NCBI RefSeq assembly: GCF_004010195.1
Contig: NC_057720.1
Coordinates: 31,600,831-31,664,830, forward strand
Direction: 5' to 3'
Length of the DNA stretch: 64,000 bases
Origin: Chiloscyllium plagiosum
Lineage: Eukaryota
This document shows positions 12,465-23,419 of the stretch, piece after piece. The translations under genes were made by a program, and so were the position numbers. The notes beneath the pieces are model-generated. The model was not told the DNA's origin, did not search any database, and saw nothing but the letters and a program-made list of their open reading frames with translations. Position 1 is the first letter of the stretch; every line of letters begins with the position of its first letter.

Positions 12465-13056
12465 AAAGAACATGGAGGATGTTGATTGCTTCCTGTACTT
12501 AGGAAGCAGTGTCTCCTGGGAAAGTGATGTAGAGGTTGACGTCCAAACAAGAATTGATAAAGCAGCATCTGTCTTCCAGGAACTCCACATAGTGACGTAA
12601 TCCAAAACCGCCAACATGGCCATGAAACTGTGTCTCTCCACATCCATCCCAGTACCAACTGCAATCTATACCAGTGAGATGTGGAAGAGAACAGCAAAGG
12701 TGTCATGCAAGTTGGGTTTTCCACACACTGTTGCCTAATAAGATCCTGGGCAGCACTTGAGAGACAAATGAAGAAGTGGTAAACAGTAATGGGCAGAGGC
12801 ACCTTCAGAACATAGACAGATTTGATTGAGTATGTGTATGTCCGGGAGTCAGAATACATGTCCTGCCTTAATGATAGTTGAATGGACACCACCAGGTGGG
12901 AAAAGAAAATAGGACCCAGCCAAAGAATACAGTAAATTGAGGGAGACCTCCAAAATGCAGGTCACTACATGTCCGGGAGTGAAAGGGATTGCAATGGATC
13001 AAAATCTTGTTGACCATAGTCCCATATGGGACTAGAGGAGCTAAGTCCAAGTAAGT
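12465..13056 (+). mobile_element. Probable RTE-clade LINE 3' remnant
   Basis: DVDCFLYLGSSVS..DVEVDVQTRIDKAASVF, ending in an AAGT-like tail. Confidence 0.5.
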
Positions 13057-13124
13057 TACAAAGAGATCACTTGCCTTATTTGCAATACAGTAGTTAATGG
13101 TTCAACATCATGATGTTAATGTAC

Positions 13125-13205
13125 CTGAAGATTGCGGTCAATCAGCTTGTTTGTTTCAAAATCATCATCATCCTCTCCAAATGGATTAATGATCTGTTCA
13201 GCTAC
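13125..13205 (-). CDS. BEST4: Bestrophin-4 coding exon 7 (exon-8 equivalent, Ca2+ clasp)
   Basis: 81 nt, [27 protein letters not shown]. The acidic Ca2+-binding cluster is E300-D304. Confidence 0.97.
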
Positions 13206-14610
13206 CTGGCTGAGAGAAAAGGGATATGAAATCATCTTCATTGCTTTGCTAATTTAACCGTTGTTCTGTTTTTACCAATTGCCTATCTTCGTGTGAGTGC
13301 TGATGTACTGTAGTACAAAACTAATAGTTACATGCTGTTACAGCAAAGTGCAGGTCATTCTGCTAAATGTAACGCAATTGACAAATAGGGGATGTTGTTT
13401 CTAAGGCGCAAACTTTTCAAATGTGTTAGCTATAATGCGATTGCATTGCTAATACTTGTGCTATTTTTCCTGTGCAATTTTTATATAGTGTGGGGTTGCA
13501 CAAGAACACAATTGTGCTATACCTGTATGTCAAATTGCTTTGTAGTTGGGTTTAAACCTGAGCAAGATTAGAAGAGGGAGGTTAGGGAAGGTGACTGCAA
13601 ACAGAGAATGGCTTTAAGAAAGCACTTAAAGGTGACAAGAAATATTGAAGGACCAAGTGACTTAGAGGGAGTTCCAGAATGTGTGACAAAATGGCTGATG
13701 TCTTTCCCCTACTGTTGAGAAAGACATGCATTTACACAGTGCCTTACATAATCTCAGATGCCTCAAAAGTATATCATAGCTAATGAAGTATTTCTGAAAT
13801 GTAGTCACTGTGATGTGAAGCAAAGAGAGGGGATATGCATAGTAGTTCAATGAGGAAAGGTGGAAGAGATTGCAGAGGCAGACAAAAGCCAGGTCTGTGG
13901 AGAGATTTGAAGTTTTGAGGATTTTAAAATTGATGCACCAAGACAAGACTAACAAATGGATACTGGCAAGGATTCATTTCAGAATCAATTGAATATTTAA
14001 TAGCGTTGAGTCCAGGTAGAAGAAGAATCGATGAGTTGGAATTTCTTAAAGTGGAATTCAGAAGGTCTTGCAAGACTTGCAGGTTAAAATGTAGGAGACA
14101 AATTTTGGACGAGTACAGGTTTACCTAAGAGGAAGTCAGGAAATTACATTCATGGTGTAAATTAACAAATGCATGAATTATGTTAGCAAGCTGGAAATGT
14201 AATAAAACTGAGGATTTTGAGGTGAAATTTGAAAGCTATGCTGATGGCTTGGATGTAGGGACATAGAGCTTTGCATACAAATTCAATCTCAACCAGAGTC
14301 TCCGGTGGGAGCAAAGCTGGGTGGCTGCAGCCTTACCCAGTGGTGAGCTGCTAGGTTCAACTTTATGCTGCATAGTCAGTCAGACTTTGGGAAAGATAGT
14401 TAAAGGTAATCAGAAGGGATTGTTGACATTTATAAACACACTTGTCCCAGTCGTGTAACTAATATTTCTAATGGAGCAACATAAGAATAACAGTAGGAGG
14501 GTCCAAGAATGCAACTCTGCACCATATTTGTGCATGTAAAAATACCATCCAGATTCTGTATGATCTGGCCCGCTAAACACAATGTATTCAATTCAGAGCA
14601 AAGTCCTGAC

Positions 14611-14763
14611 CTTAAGCCAACCCGCATAGAAGAAGAATTGCAGTAGAGTGAAGATAGGAATATAAAAGTCTATGTTATCTTCTTCATAACCTGGCCTTGG
14701 TTCAAGAAACTGACGTCCAATCAGACAGAAGGCAAAGAAGGAGTAGACTGCAATAGTAACCAC
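14611..14763 (-). CDS. BEST4: Bestrophin-4 coding exon 6 (exon-7 equivalent)
   Basis: 153 nt, [51 protein letters not shown]. Splice sites ccacag| and AAG|gtcagg. Confidence 0.97.
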
Positions 14764-15202
14764 CTGTGGAGAGGTAAGACAGAAGCAGCAGTTATCAATC
14801 ATGGAATGTGGATACTTCAGAAAGGATATTTCCTGTTCCATTTCTGTGTCAAATGTCTACATTCAGGGAATTTTTGGAGGTGAACTTTTATGCGGTGCAA
14901 GTCAAATGGTACAGCATGGAATGAAAATTGACTGAAAGCACGAAACTGCTTCATCAAATTCAGAATGTCCTGACACACAGACCCACCCAACAAGAGTGTG
15001 TTGCTCTGGTAATCCAGCAAATTGGACCAGCACAGTCTCAGTTTTCCTGCTTAACCTTGAATCCTCAGGCTAATCCTAGTATTGAGACTGCTGGTCCAGC
15101 TGAGATCAAAGACTGAAGGAGGCATCTTCATTATGTGAATAGATAAAGGTAATCTTTTCGAGAGTCAATGGATCAGGAATTGGAGTTCAATGAAATTCTG
15201 AC

Positions 15203-15280
15203 CTGAGTGTACACTAAGGGGATACTGATCCAGTCATAGTGAAATAACAGGCTGCATTTTGCCCGGTGTCGGTTCAATTC
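15203..15280 (-). CDS. BEST4: Bestrophin-4 coding exon 5 (exon-6 equivalent)
   Basis: 78 nt, ELNRHRAKCSLLFHYDWISIPLVYTQ. Splice sites ttgcag| and CAG|gtcaga. Confidence 0.97.
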
Positions 15281-15430
15281 CTGCAAATGAGAAAGGGAAA
15301 TATTTTTGTTAACTGATATATACAATATAAATAATAATGTGGGCCATTAGAGTTTGTGAGGCAGCTTGAAATTCATATTTGTTTCATGCTACAACATCTG
15401 TGCAGTGACATCTATGATCTAGCACTTTAA

Positions 15431-15615
15431 GTTAAAAATCACGCAACACCAGGTTTAATTGGAAGTATTAACTTTTGGACCGCTGCTCCTTCAGGTGGTT
15501 GTGCAGCATTCCAAAAGCTAGTGCTTCCAATTAAACCTGTTGGACTATAACCTGGTGTTGTGTGATTTTTTAACTTTGTACACTCCAGTCCAACACTGGC
15601 AGCTCCAAATCATGA
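15431..15615. mobile_element. Short fold-back Penelope pseudo-LTR (family B)
   Basis: Inverted halves, flanked by CTAGCACTTTAA and CTAGCGCTTTAA (12-bp TSD with one mismatch). Confidence 0.7.
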
Positions 15616-16334
15616 CTAGCGCTTTAACACATCCTTGCCAGTAATGCAGTCCTGCCACTCTGTGGCTGTGCAGAGAACAGCTGACCTTACCTACATGTGG
15701 GCTCAGCTCATTCAGATAGCTTTAGTTTCCTGGCACAATGCTCATGAGTTGCAGGATGGGGAATGGGAAACACAAGCCAGCATTTCAGCATTAATTGCAA
15801 GTCCCATTGAGCGCCAGTGGTTTCCTTAAGGAAGAAAGAGGAAGAGCAGCACAAGGCAAATAGATACGGAAATGCATGACTAGATTGCTGCTTTAAAATT
15901 CTACTGCCACATTAAAGAATAACATATTACATCACAGAAGGATTATAGGGAAGATTTTAATGAATATTTTTGTGGATGCTTTCAGTATTGCTTGTAATTT
16001 GTCAGTATAAAAGCATAAAAAAAGTGAGCAAGAGTAGGCCATCTAGCTCCCTGAACCTGCTCCACTATTCAATAAGATCATAGCTGATCTTCTCTCGCAA
16101 TACACTGCACTGGTTAGTTGAAGTCTGTTGAGCCTGTTAAGCAGGCAAAAGGCTTTCAATACCCGATTAATTAAAGTAATGGTTACCTAAAACCCTTCAG
16201 GTCCCATTGCAGTAAGAGTTCCAAAGAAGAATTCTGTATTATATGTGCTACTGCATTAGAACCATTTGCACTTTACTATTGATCTGCCCACTGTTTTATA
16301 GTTTCTCACTGAGGGACTAAGATATCAGGCTTAC

Positions 16335-16489
16335 ATCCATCAACAGTCTTAAAGCAACATCATCTTGGATTCTGCCCTCTCTCCTTGCCTGGGCTGCCAG
16401 GTTTGTAAACCACACACATGGAATCCAGTACTTGTTAAAATCAGAATAGAGGCTTTCAAATTTCTTCAGTTCTTCATTGGTCATAAAAC
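16335..16489 (-). CDS. BEST4: Bestrophin-4 coding exon 4 (exon-5 equivalent)
   Basis: 155 nt, GFMTNEELKKFESLYSDFNKYWIPCVWFTNLAAQARREGRIQDDVALRLLMD. SDFNKYW.PCVWFTNLAAQARR is BEST4-type. Splice sites ctgcag| and |gtaagc. Confidence 0.97.
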
Positions 16490-17540
16490 CTGCAGACAGA
16501 ACCCGCAAACAGACATAATGACTGATTAGTTGAAGTCATAGAGTTGATTTGCTATTTCTTGCGTTTGGGAGTGTTGGATCATCTTGTACAATAAATGCAG
16601 GAAGATCAACAGGAGGGAGCTCAAACCCATAAGAGAATCTGTGGAATTTTCCACCCATTTCCAATTAGTAGATATTGGGCGAACACCTCACAGTTGTCTT
16701 GCTGTACTCAGTGTCCCTCAGATGCTACAGCAACTGAGATATTTGCACCCTGTCTCTGGCACAACTGCTTTCTAATATCCTTTTTGTCCAAATAACAAAA
16801 CAATGTAATATGACCATCTATTACATGACTTCTGTTTTTGGGCATGTTTAAGCTTTCCTGCATCCTTGTTAATATTTTCAGTGAAAGTATCTCTTCAGAT
16901 AAACTAATACCTTTGTACTATTGCTCTCCAATACTTTGCAGTAAAATATTTTTATTACATTCTTGTGGAGCTTGAAAAGACCAACAAAATGGTCAAATGT
17001 TTGAGAATAGGTGGAGGGGATACTCTACAATATTATGGCTGCAGCTCATATTTGGTTTCTCATTTACTTAACTATGATTATTTCTATGTGAGAGAGGTTA
17101 TCTCAGTGGCTCAGTGATGGTTGATATCTGGTCAATGCTAAACTAGTTCCTCAGTGCAGACTTAGAGACACAACAGTTAGCATGGGAGAGGGATTCAGCC
17201 AAGTGAATGCTCCTGAAAGTTGTCCAGCTGCCTGCCACATGAGCATTTGAAGGTGGACACAGATGCTTCAGCTGTGATGCCCCCTGTGCATGAATGTCTT
17301 GCTGACTGTGATGCTGATGGTTGCACAAGTCTATTAGCCAGATGGAACTCAGAAGCCATATGGTTGTACCAATGTCACTAATGCAGTCAAGGAAGTATGC
17401 TTTGTCCTGACATTCTGTCCTGGTGTATCCTCTGATAAAATATTCGCATGTATGTCCATTGATAACATGGGTCACATTACCTGCTTGAAACTTTATTGCT
17501 GGAACAGCACAGCAGGTCAGGCAGCATCCAGGGAACAGGA

Positions 17541-17578
17541 GATTCGACGTTTCGGGCACAGGCCCTTCTTCAGGAATC
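17541..17578 (-). ncRNA. Minimal type I hammerhead ribozyme motif (family A), sense to BEST4 pre-mRNA
   Basis: Exact reverse complement of 17582-17619. Confidence 0.85.
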
Positions 17579-17581
17579 CTG

Positions 17582-17619
17582 GATTCCTGAAGAAGGGCCT
17601 GTGCCCGAAACGTCGAATC
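17582..17619 (+). ncRNA. Minimal type I hammerhead ribozyme motif (family A)
   Basis: GATTC-CTGAAGA-A-GGGC-CTGT-GCCC-GAAA-CG-TC-GAATC gives stem I, a CUGANGA core, stem II, GAAA, palindromic ACGU as stem III, and a GUC cleavage triplet. Confidence 0.85.
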
Positions 17620-17720
17620 TCCTGTTCCCTGGATGCTGCCTGACCTGCTGTGCTGTTCCAGCAATAAAGTTTCAACTTTGATCTCCAGCATCTGCAGACC
17701 TCACTTTCTCCTCACATTAC

Positions 17721-17954
17721 CTGCTTCAACCACATGTTCTAACGAAGGGAATCTCTTTCGGACCCTTGTACTGATGGAGTGAAGAATGAGCACTGCAGAG
17801 AGATTGGCATATCGAATCAGCGTTCTCCTCAGCATCCGGCCCCTTTCATCGACACCATGAACATTACTGGACACCACACACATCAGCTGATCCGGAAGTG
17901 GGATATTAGTGTATTGGTTCCACCAGCGGTTAACAATCAGCGTTACATAAAAAC
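17721..17954 (-). CDS. BEST4: Bestrophin-4 coding exon 3 (exon-4 equivalent)
   Basis: 234 nt, [78 protein letters not shown](G). Contains the RFP motif, with AG/GT boundaries. Confidence 0.97.
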
Positions 17955-19033
17955 CTACCGGGAAGGTTAAGAGTCACAGGGTATCATTAGTGCACATGCA
18001 GTATCAGACTGTGAGGGTGATGCAATGACACATTGGTCAGGCACTATTACACTTCAGTTGTTTACAGTGTATGCAATTATTTGTCTGACTGACATCACAC
18101 TATTCGTCAATTAGTATTACAATAAACTACACGGATATGGTGCAAATTGCCATGAATTTGTTATTTTACTCTTGTTTTTCCCTCTTCATTTTCTTGCATA
18201 GTATTCAAGTTTTTACAGTTCAGATTGTTCTATGCCTGTAGCCCTAAGAGCAGCCATAAATTAAAAGGTGATCCCTGCAGGTGGGAATCTCCATCTCGCT
18301 CTCACTCTCCCTCTTCCTTCCATTTTCCCTGAAGCTGCTGATTTCCACGTGGCACATGGCTCCTGTCAGGAGTTTGGACCTTTAATGTACTTTTGCATTT
18401 TTCCTCCCTTGTATGCTATTTTTTAATCAAAAGATTAGCTAGAAAAATCTCAAATGAGCTGCAATTGAATTGTTCTTTCAATGGATAGATAATAAAATGA
18501 TAAGATAAAGGAGCAGAATTAGGCTATTTGGCCCATCGAGTCTGTTCCACCATTCAATCACAGCTGGTATGTTTCTCAACCCCATTGTCCTGCCTTCTCC
18601 CCAGATCTTTGATCCCCTTGCTAACCAAGAACCTATCTATCTCTCTCTTAAATACACTCAATGACTTGGCCTCCCTCCACAGCCCTCTGCAGCAATGAGT
18701 TCCACAGGTTCACTTCCTCTGGCTGAAGATATTCTTCCTCAATCATGCATTCTGAGAAACAACTGAATTGATTAGTGGCTGGACTTACTGAACACCTATC
18801 AATTAATTGGCAAATAATGTCCAGTCTTCACAAGTTATCTTTGTTTTTATTCATTCAATGGGATGTGGGTATTGTTGGCTATGCCTGATGTCTGATTGCC
18901 CATGTCACCTGGGCATATTCCATGTTTAGACATGTCCATTTTTGGCAGGAAGGATTCTTCAGAGTCCATGGATTTTTTTTTCAAAGTAACAATGCAGATC
19001 ACGGAAAGTGCTTTGCATCATAGGGATTAAGTA

Positions 19034-19299
19034 CAGGTACACAATACTTTTTCCGAAATCCGAAAAGCTCCAAAATCTGAGGGTTTTTTTGTAAAGTATT
19101 TTTCTGTATAACAAGGTTGCTTGGCGTGCAAACAGGTGACCTAATTCCACACCCACTCGACCCACGGCACAGCACTGGGAGGCATCAATTGTGTCTCAGC
19201 GCTTGTATTAGTCACACGTGGGTCTGAAAAAAACTTTTTTATTTCAAAATCTGAAAAACAACTGGTCCCAAGGATTTCGGTAAAAGTATTGTGTACCTG
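19034..19299. mobile_element. Tc1/mariner (pogo/Tigger-like) MITE
   Basis: TA TSD. 28-bp TIRs CAGGTACACAATACTTTTTCCGAAATCC and GGATTTCGGTAAAAGTATTGTGTACCTG (one mismatch). Confidence 0.85.
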
Positions 19300-19904
19300 T
19301 AGTTGTTTTCTCCTTGTTAAATAAGAAAAGTTCTGTAGGTGAAGCAATAGGTTAGCTAGTCTGATGCTTATTTTCAGCATTTTCCAGTGCCTTCTTATTG
19401 CTTTATTCTGACAAATGGGGCATGATTTAAGCCAAATCTTTTACACGCGGGGCAAGCCATGTTAGATGGCAATTATGTGCTACCCACACCAGCAAGATAA
19501 CTCACTGGGTTTCCCACCGGTCAGCTCATTAACAGCATAAGGTCACCACTTTATCACAGGCCTTGACATTGGTGACCTGGATCACAAGAAGCTGCCAGTT
19601 AATCAAAGACAGTTCCTTGGGAAATCCAGTGGTAAGAAAGTAAGTCCTTTACCTGCGAGGGGCAGGTGGGGGACTTGCTGGGAGAGAGATCAGGCAGGAC
19701 GATTATAATGGTTAGCTTTCAGAGGTGTCCACTTTGCTGCTATCGTGCTCCTGATTGGCTCAGATTTGGTAATTAATAGGGTGTCCCTAGCTCAGCAGGC
19801 AGATTGCCATGACCTCCTATTGCAAAATCTACACAATTTTCTCACCTACTGGGGATGCAGGTGATTGAAGAGATGGCACGTTCTGGAAGGATCCACAAAT
19901 GGGG

Positions 19905-20910
19905 GGAGGGAATGGTACTAAGACCCCAGCTATTCACCGTATGTGTTAATGATTTAGGTGAGGGAACTCAATGTAATATCTCAATATTTACAGGTGACAC
20001 AATGCTTAGTGTAAGGGTGTACTGTGAGGAGGATGCAGAGATTTGGACAGGCTGAATGAGTGGGCAAATGCATGGCAGATATAATGTGTGAAATGTAAAT
20101 AAATGTGAGGTATTCCACTTTGGTAGTAAAAATAGGAACACCGATTATTATTTGCATGGGTGTAAATTGAGAGAGGGGAATGTTCAATGAATCCTGGGTG
20201 TCCTTGTGCACCAGTCACTGAAAGTAAATGTGCAGGTGAAGTAGGCACTGAGGAAGGCAATATGTATATTGGCCTTCATAGCGAGAGGGTTCATGTACTG
20301 AAACAAGGATGCATTGTTCTAATTGTACAGGGCAATGGTGAGGCCACACCGGGAATGTTGTGCACAGTTTTGGTCTCCTTTACTAAGAAAGGATGTTCTT
20401 GCTATAGCGGGAGTGCAGTTAAAGTTTACCAAATTGCTTCATAGGGTAGATGTATGAGGAGAGGTTGAGTCGGTTAGGATTATATTAACTGGAATTCAGA
20501 AGAATGAGGGGGCTGTCCTAAAGAATCCTTACTGCACTAGACAGTGTAGATGCAGAAACAATATTTCCGATGGTGGGGGAGTTTAAGGATAAAAGGCAAC
20601 CAGTTTAAGGCTGAGGTGAAGAGAAATGTCTTCACCCAGAGAGTGGCGAGTCTGTGTAATTCACTACCACAGAGTGAGGTGATTGAGGCCAAAACATGTG
20701 TTTTCAAGAAAAAGATAGTGATAGCTCTTGTAGCTAAATGGATCAAGGGATATGGAGGGAGGGCAGGATTAGGGTATTGAGTTGGATGATTAAGGTATTG
20801 AGTTGGATGATTAGGGTATTGAGTTGGATGATCAGCCATAAGCATATTGAATGGCGGGGCAGGCTTGACGGGATGAATGGTCTATCGTGTTCCTATCTTC
20901 CAGGATTCTA
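19905..20910 (+). mobile_element. Old CR1 3' fragment
   Basis: Decayed RT, plus KRNVFTQRVASLCNSLP. Confidence 0.75.
20767..20832. repeat. Three-copy 21-bp tandem repeat in CR1 3'UTR
   Basis: GATTAGGGTATTGAGTTGGAT x3 (one substitution). Confidence 0.9.
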
Positions 20911-21319
20911 TGAGTTCAAGCCTTTTCGCGGCCATTAAAGAACATCTCAACAGCTTTAATCCTGGAGAGCAAAGGATGTCACCCATTGATCTCTTCCTTC
21001 TCATTAGCTCTCCAGGAGGAGAATTCCCACATAGAATTAATATCCATTGACTAGAAACTAACCTGGAGCAGCTATATAAATACTGTGGCTTCAACCAGAC
21101 GTCAGAGGTTCTGAACTCTGTAGTAAGTAACTTCCACTCTGACTCACGAAAGCCTGTCCACTCCCTATAAGGCATAAGTCAGGAGTGTAATGGAATAGTC
21201 TCCACTTGCCTAGATGAATACAGGTCTAAAAATCTTCAAGAAACTTGACATCATCGATTCTGCTTGATTGGCATCTCATGTAATACTAACACCATTCTCT
21301 GTCTCCAACACCACAAATT

Positions 21320-21765
21320 CAGAAGGAGGGATTGCTTTATGACCAAACAGATTGGGACTCTACTCACTGGAATTTAGAAGAATGAGAGGTAGTCTCATTG
21401 AAACATATAGGATTCTTAAAGGGCTTAACAGAGTAAATACAGAGAGGGTGTTTCCCGTTATGGAAGAGTCTACGACCAGTGCACATAATCTCAGAATAAA
21501 GGCGCACCAATTTAAGACTAAGGTGAGGACGAATTTCTTCTCTCAGAGGCTTGTGAGTCTTTGGAACTCCTCGCCACAGAGAGCTGTTGGGACAGAGTCC
21601 TTGCTTATATTTGAGGATGAGATAGACAGATTCTTAATCAGTAGGAGAATCAAGGGTTATGGGGTCAGGGCAGGAAAGATGATGTGAGGAATGTCGAATC
21701 AGGCATGATCATACTGAATGGTGGGGCAGGCTTGAGGGGCTGAATGGCCTCTTCCTGTTCCTATA
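21320..21765 (+). mobile_element. CR1 3' fragment inserted in an L2-like remnant (about 20930-22020)
   Basis: LGLYSLEFRRMRGSLIETYRIL...NFFSQRLVSLWNS. Confidence 0.8.
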
Positions 21766-22604
21766 GTCTGACACAGTGACAGTATTGTGTGCCATCTACA
21801 AGATGTTCCTTAACTTACCGAGGGTCTGTCAAAACCATACCCTCCACCAGTTGAAGAACAAGGGTGCCAGATACATGGAAACACAATCTCTCGCAAGTTC
21901 CCCCTGCAGGCTTCACTCTATCCTGACTTGGAATTATATCATTATTCTTTCACTGTGTCAAAATCCTGGAACTCCCTTCTTAACCACACTGTGGGTGTCT
22001 GTACACCACATAGACTCACATCAGTCCGCGAACATCTCAGACATGGAAATTACTGTCATTACTTTTATGTTAAAATATAAACACCAACAACATACATTTA
22101 TATTTTGCTCTTCACCTACATGATCATTTCGGTTCTCTCTGGAAGTGGAAAATGTGGATCGGAAGTAAAGAAATTCATTTAGGAGACCAGGGGTATGAGT
22201 TAAAGGGATCTGTGTAGGAAGTCTTTAGGGCAGTGGAAAGACATGCCAAATTAGTTTTGAAATAAGAATTTCAGAAGGAAATTATTTAACAGCCAAATCT
22301 AGTGCTTGAACAAAAGAAATAGGAAATAAGTCATATTTCAGTGTCAGAGAATGGAAGGATTGTAAGAATGGCAAGAATTTGCTTGTAATATGGAGTACAA
22401 ATGTGATGAAATTTGAAGATGAGAATCTTGCAGATGTTGATGCTGGGAGGTAGGATATAGATGATAAATGGAGCAGCTTGGTGGGTATCATATAGTTTCA
22501 GGAGACACAGTGCTATGCTATTGGCTCTATATAAATGCAACTTGTTAGTGACATTTTAAAATTCATTAATCATTTTATAGTAGTCTGAAGCTTTAGTTAC
22601 AGAC

Positions 22605-22699
22605 CTAAAACAAATGACATTGGAATAAGACTGGTCTGTTTGTCACAATATGTAGCCACATTCTCAAAGAGAATCTTCTGTTCATGTGATAGGAAATAC
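22605..22699 (-). CDS. BEST4: Bestrophin-4 coding exon 2 (exon-3 equivalent)
   Basis: 95 nt, (R)YFLSHEQKILFENVATYCDKQTSLIPMSFVL(G). Splice sites ttgtag| and G|gtctgt. Contains neck residues I76 and F80. Confidence 0.95.
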
Positions 22700-23419
22700 C
22701 TACAATAAATAGCAATAAAAACATGCTCAGACACAGGAGAATTATCCACGTATTAATATACAGTTGGTTGTAGTAAATGCAATGCTAATTATATTTCAGT
22801 TTGAATTACTTATTTCATTTACTGAAGTTTCAAACTGTCACTTTTGATTAATTAAAATCAGCCAATCTCCAAGTTACAGGAAATAAACTGTCTACTTTAC
22901 AGACCTTGCAGGGAATATTTTGGAGAATTTTATCATCATTATCTGTAGATCTCAGGACAACAGAAAACACTTTATAACCAATGCACTACAGTTATTGTAG
23001 AGAAACGCTGTCACAAAGTTCCACAAGCAGTAATGTGATAATGATCTGATAATTTGTTTTAGTGAGATTGGTGCCATAATAAATACTTACCAGTGCACAG
23101 GGAAGAATTCTCTACTTTTTGTCAAATAGTGTATTGGGATATTTTACAACCACTGAAGAGAGAAGGCAGGACCATGATATCAAAGAGAAACCTTCAATGG
23201 TGTAGCCCTCAGTGCAGTACTGAAATGTCGATATACCTTATATGTATTTGAGTTTCTACAATGGGGCTCTACATCACAATCTTCTGACTCAGAGGCAAGA
23301 ATCTTCCCACACATATAAGTCCACGATACTGTGATCTGTAAAATATCCAAGTCATTAACACTATGGTTGCTTTAAATTGAATCCTGGATTTTTGGAAAGT
23401 TAGCAGATTTTTGCTAATG

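Larger units (their letters stand above)
17487..17711. mobile_element. Fold-back Penelope-derived mini-element with two hammerhead motifs and a 15-bp TSD
   Basis: Perfect inverted arms at 17485-17579 and 17581-17675. TSD TCACATTACCTGCTT at 17472-17486 and 17712-17726. Confidence 0.88.

Noticed and set aside
17143..17691. 182-aa ORF, and similar MLEIKVETLLLEQ... ORFs at 4784 and 8385
   Set aside because: Translations of the Penelope-derived repeat, not genes.
20767..20832. CRISPR-like or telomere-like (TTAGGG-containing) repeat
   Set aside because: A simple tandem triplication with no spacers, inside a CR1 3'UTR in a vertebrate genome.
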